From an uncultured bacterium (GTDB taxonomy: Bacteria > Verrucomicrobiota > Kiritimatiellia > RFP12 > CAIWXQ01), in the NCBI GenBank assembly GCA_903916675.1, contig CAIWXQ010000016.1:18964-82963 (forward strand): a stretch of DNA of 64,000 bases. The letters run 5' to 3'. Shown here piece by piece: positions 63,688 to 64,000 of the stretch (position 1 is its first letter; the number at the start of each line of letters is the position of its first letter). The translations under genes and the position numbers were made by a program. The notes under the pieces were generated by a model. The model ran no database searches, was not told the origin of the DNA, and was given only the letters and a program-made list of their open reading frames with translations.

Positions 63688-64000
63688 CTACGCGGTTTCT
63701 CCCCGCGCCACGGCGATCAGCCCCGAGCGGGAGATGTCGGTGATCTCATACGGCTTCAGCAGGCGGAGGAAGTCCTCCACGCTGCTGCGGTCGCCGACCA
63801 TCTCCAGCGTGATGGACTTCTCGCCGACCGCCGCCACACGGGCCTTGAACAGCGTTGCCAGCTCCAGCACCTGCGCGCGGGAATGGCGCGTGGTGGCGAC
63901 CTCCACAAGGATCAGCTCGCGGTTTAAATGGCGGCGGCGGGTGACGTCCACCACCTCGATCACGTCCACGAGCTTGCTGACCTGGTGGAGCACCTGCTCC
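63688..64000 (-). CDS. ilvN: acetolactate synthase small (regulatory) subunit, 3' part only; the gene runs off the window
   Basis: C-terminal sequence ..RELILVEV..AQVLELATLFKARVAAVGEKSITLEMVGDRSSVEDFLRLLKPYEITDISRSGLIAVARG is typical of IlvN/IlvH. The reading frame stays open to position 64000. Confidence 0.75.
   Translation of the reverse strand, partial: EQVLHQVSKLVDVIEVVDVTRRRHLNRELILVEVATTRHSRAQVLELATLFKARVAAVGEKSITLEMVGDRSSVEDFLRLLKPYEITDISRSGLIAVARGETA

Overview
GC-rich bacterial chromosomal window (64 kb), densely coding on both strands and dominated by housekeeping genes. Every call comes from reading the supplied translations and the DNA by eye; no searches or statistics were run. 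I saw no rRNA, CRISPR array, transposase, integrase, or recognisable phage or defence gene.

Genes recognised: gltX, a type-2-like ileS, gluQ, tadA, a rhomboid protease, and the 5' part of a dcw cluster (mraZ-rsmH-ftsL-ftsI-murE, followed by rdgB instead of murF). Also hisD, a 2-oxoacid dehydrogenase E1 alpha/beta pair, an L,D-transpeptidase, a PAS hybrid histidine kinase with a double-receiver regulator, nrdR, purC, gcvPA/gcvPB, two ABC-2 type exporters, an aconitase-family hydratase and alr. A class II (B12) ribonucleotide reductase has tandem NrdR boxes upstream. The trp operon reads trpE-trpG-[methyltransferase]-trpD-[GNAT]-trpC-trpF-DAHP synthase-trpB, with no adjacent trpA. A prepilin peptidase and the 3' end of ilvN close the window. 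There are three tRNAs: Val-TAC, Arg-TCG and Leu-CAG. Gene content and repeat style suggest a PVC-group organism (Verrucomicrobiota/Kiritimatiellota-like); this is inference only.

The unusual layer is non-genic. Most intergenic gaps are filled by members of at least eight short dispersed repeat families:
- hexamer-phased GGGGTC/GGTATC arrays
- CCAATGAC repeats
- CACAGAGG repeats
- CTGGGAGCGCGGGCGTCCCGCCCGC palindromes
- GCGAGGACGC palindromes
- a roughly 105-nt CTCTGCGGTTGG element
- CGGTTCA heptamers
- GCGGATCGGG..GCAGGATAC elements

Several of these sit in frame inside a coding sequence or supply stop codons and C-terminal tails. Six visibly AT-richer islets, five single-gene and one two-gene (2434-2970, 6925-7794, 20544-20885, 45705-47881, 58081-58626, 59674-60384), lie between or inside housekeeping operons. 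Three of them are bracketed by repeat copies.

I did not find a clear-cut novel multi-gene system. The best candidates for follow-up are the repeat-bounded cassettes, the in-frame palindromic insertions in a radical SAM gene, the modified trp operon, a zinc-ribbon/EIIA(Ntr) fusion, and a cobalamin-themed neighbourhood (B12 radical SAM, HNH, URO-D-like protein, NrdJ plus a phosphoesterase-PHP fusion).
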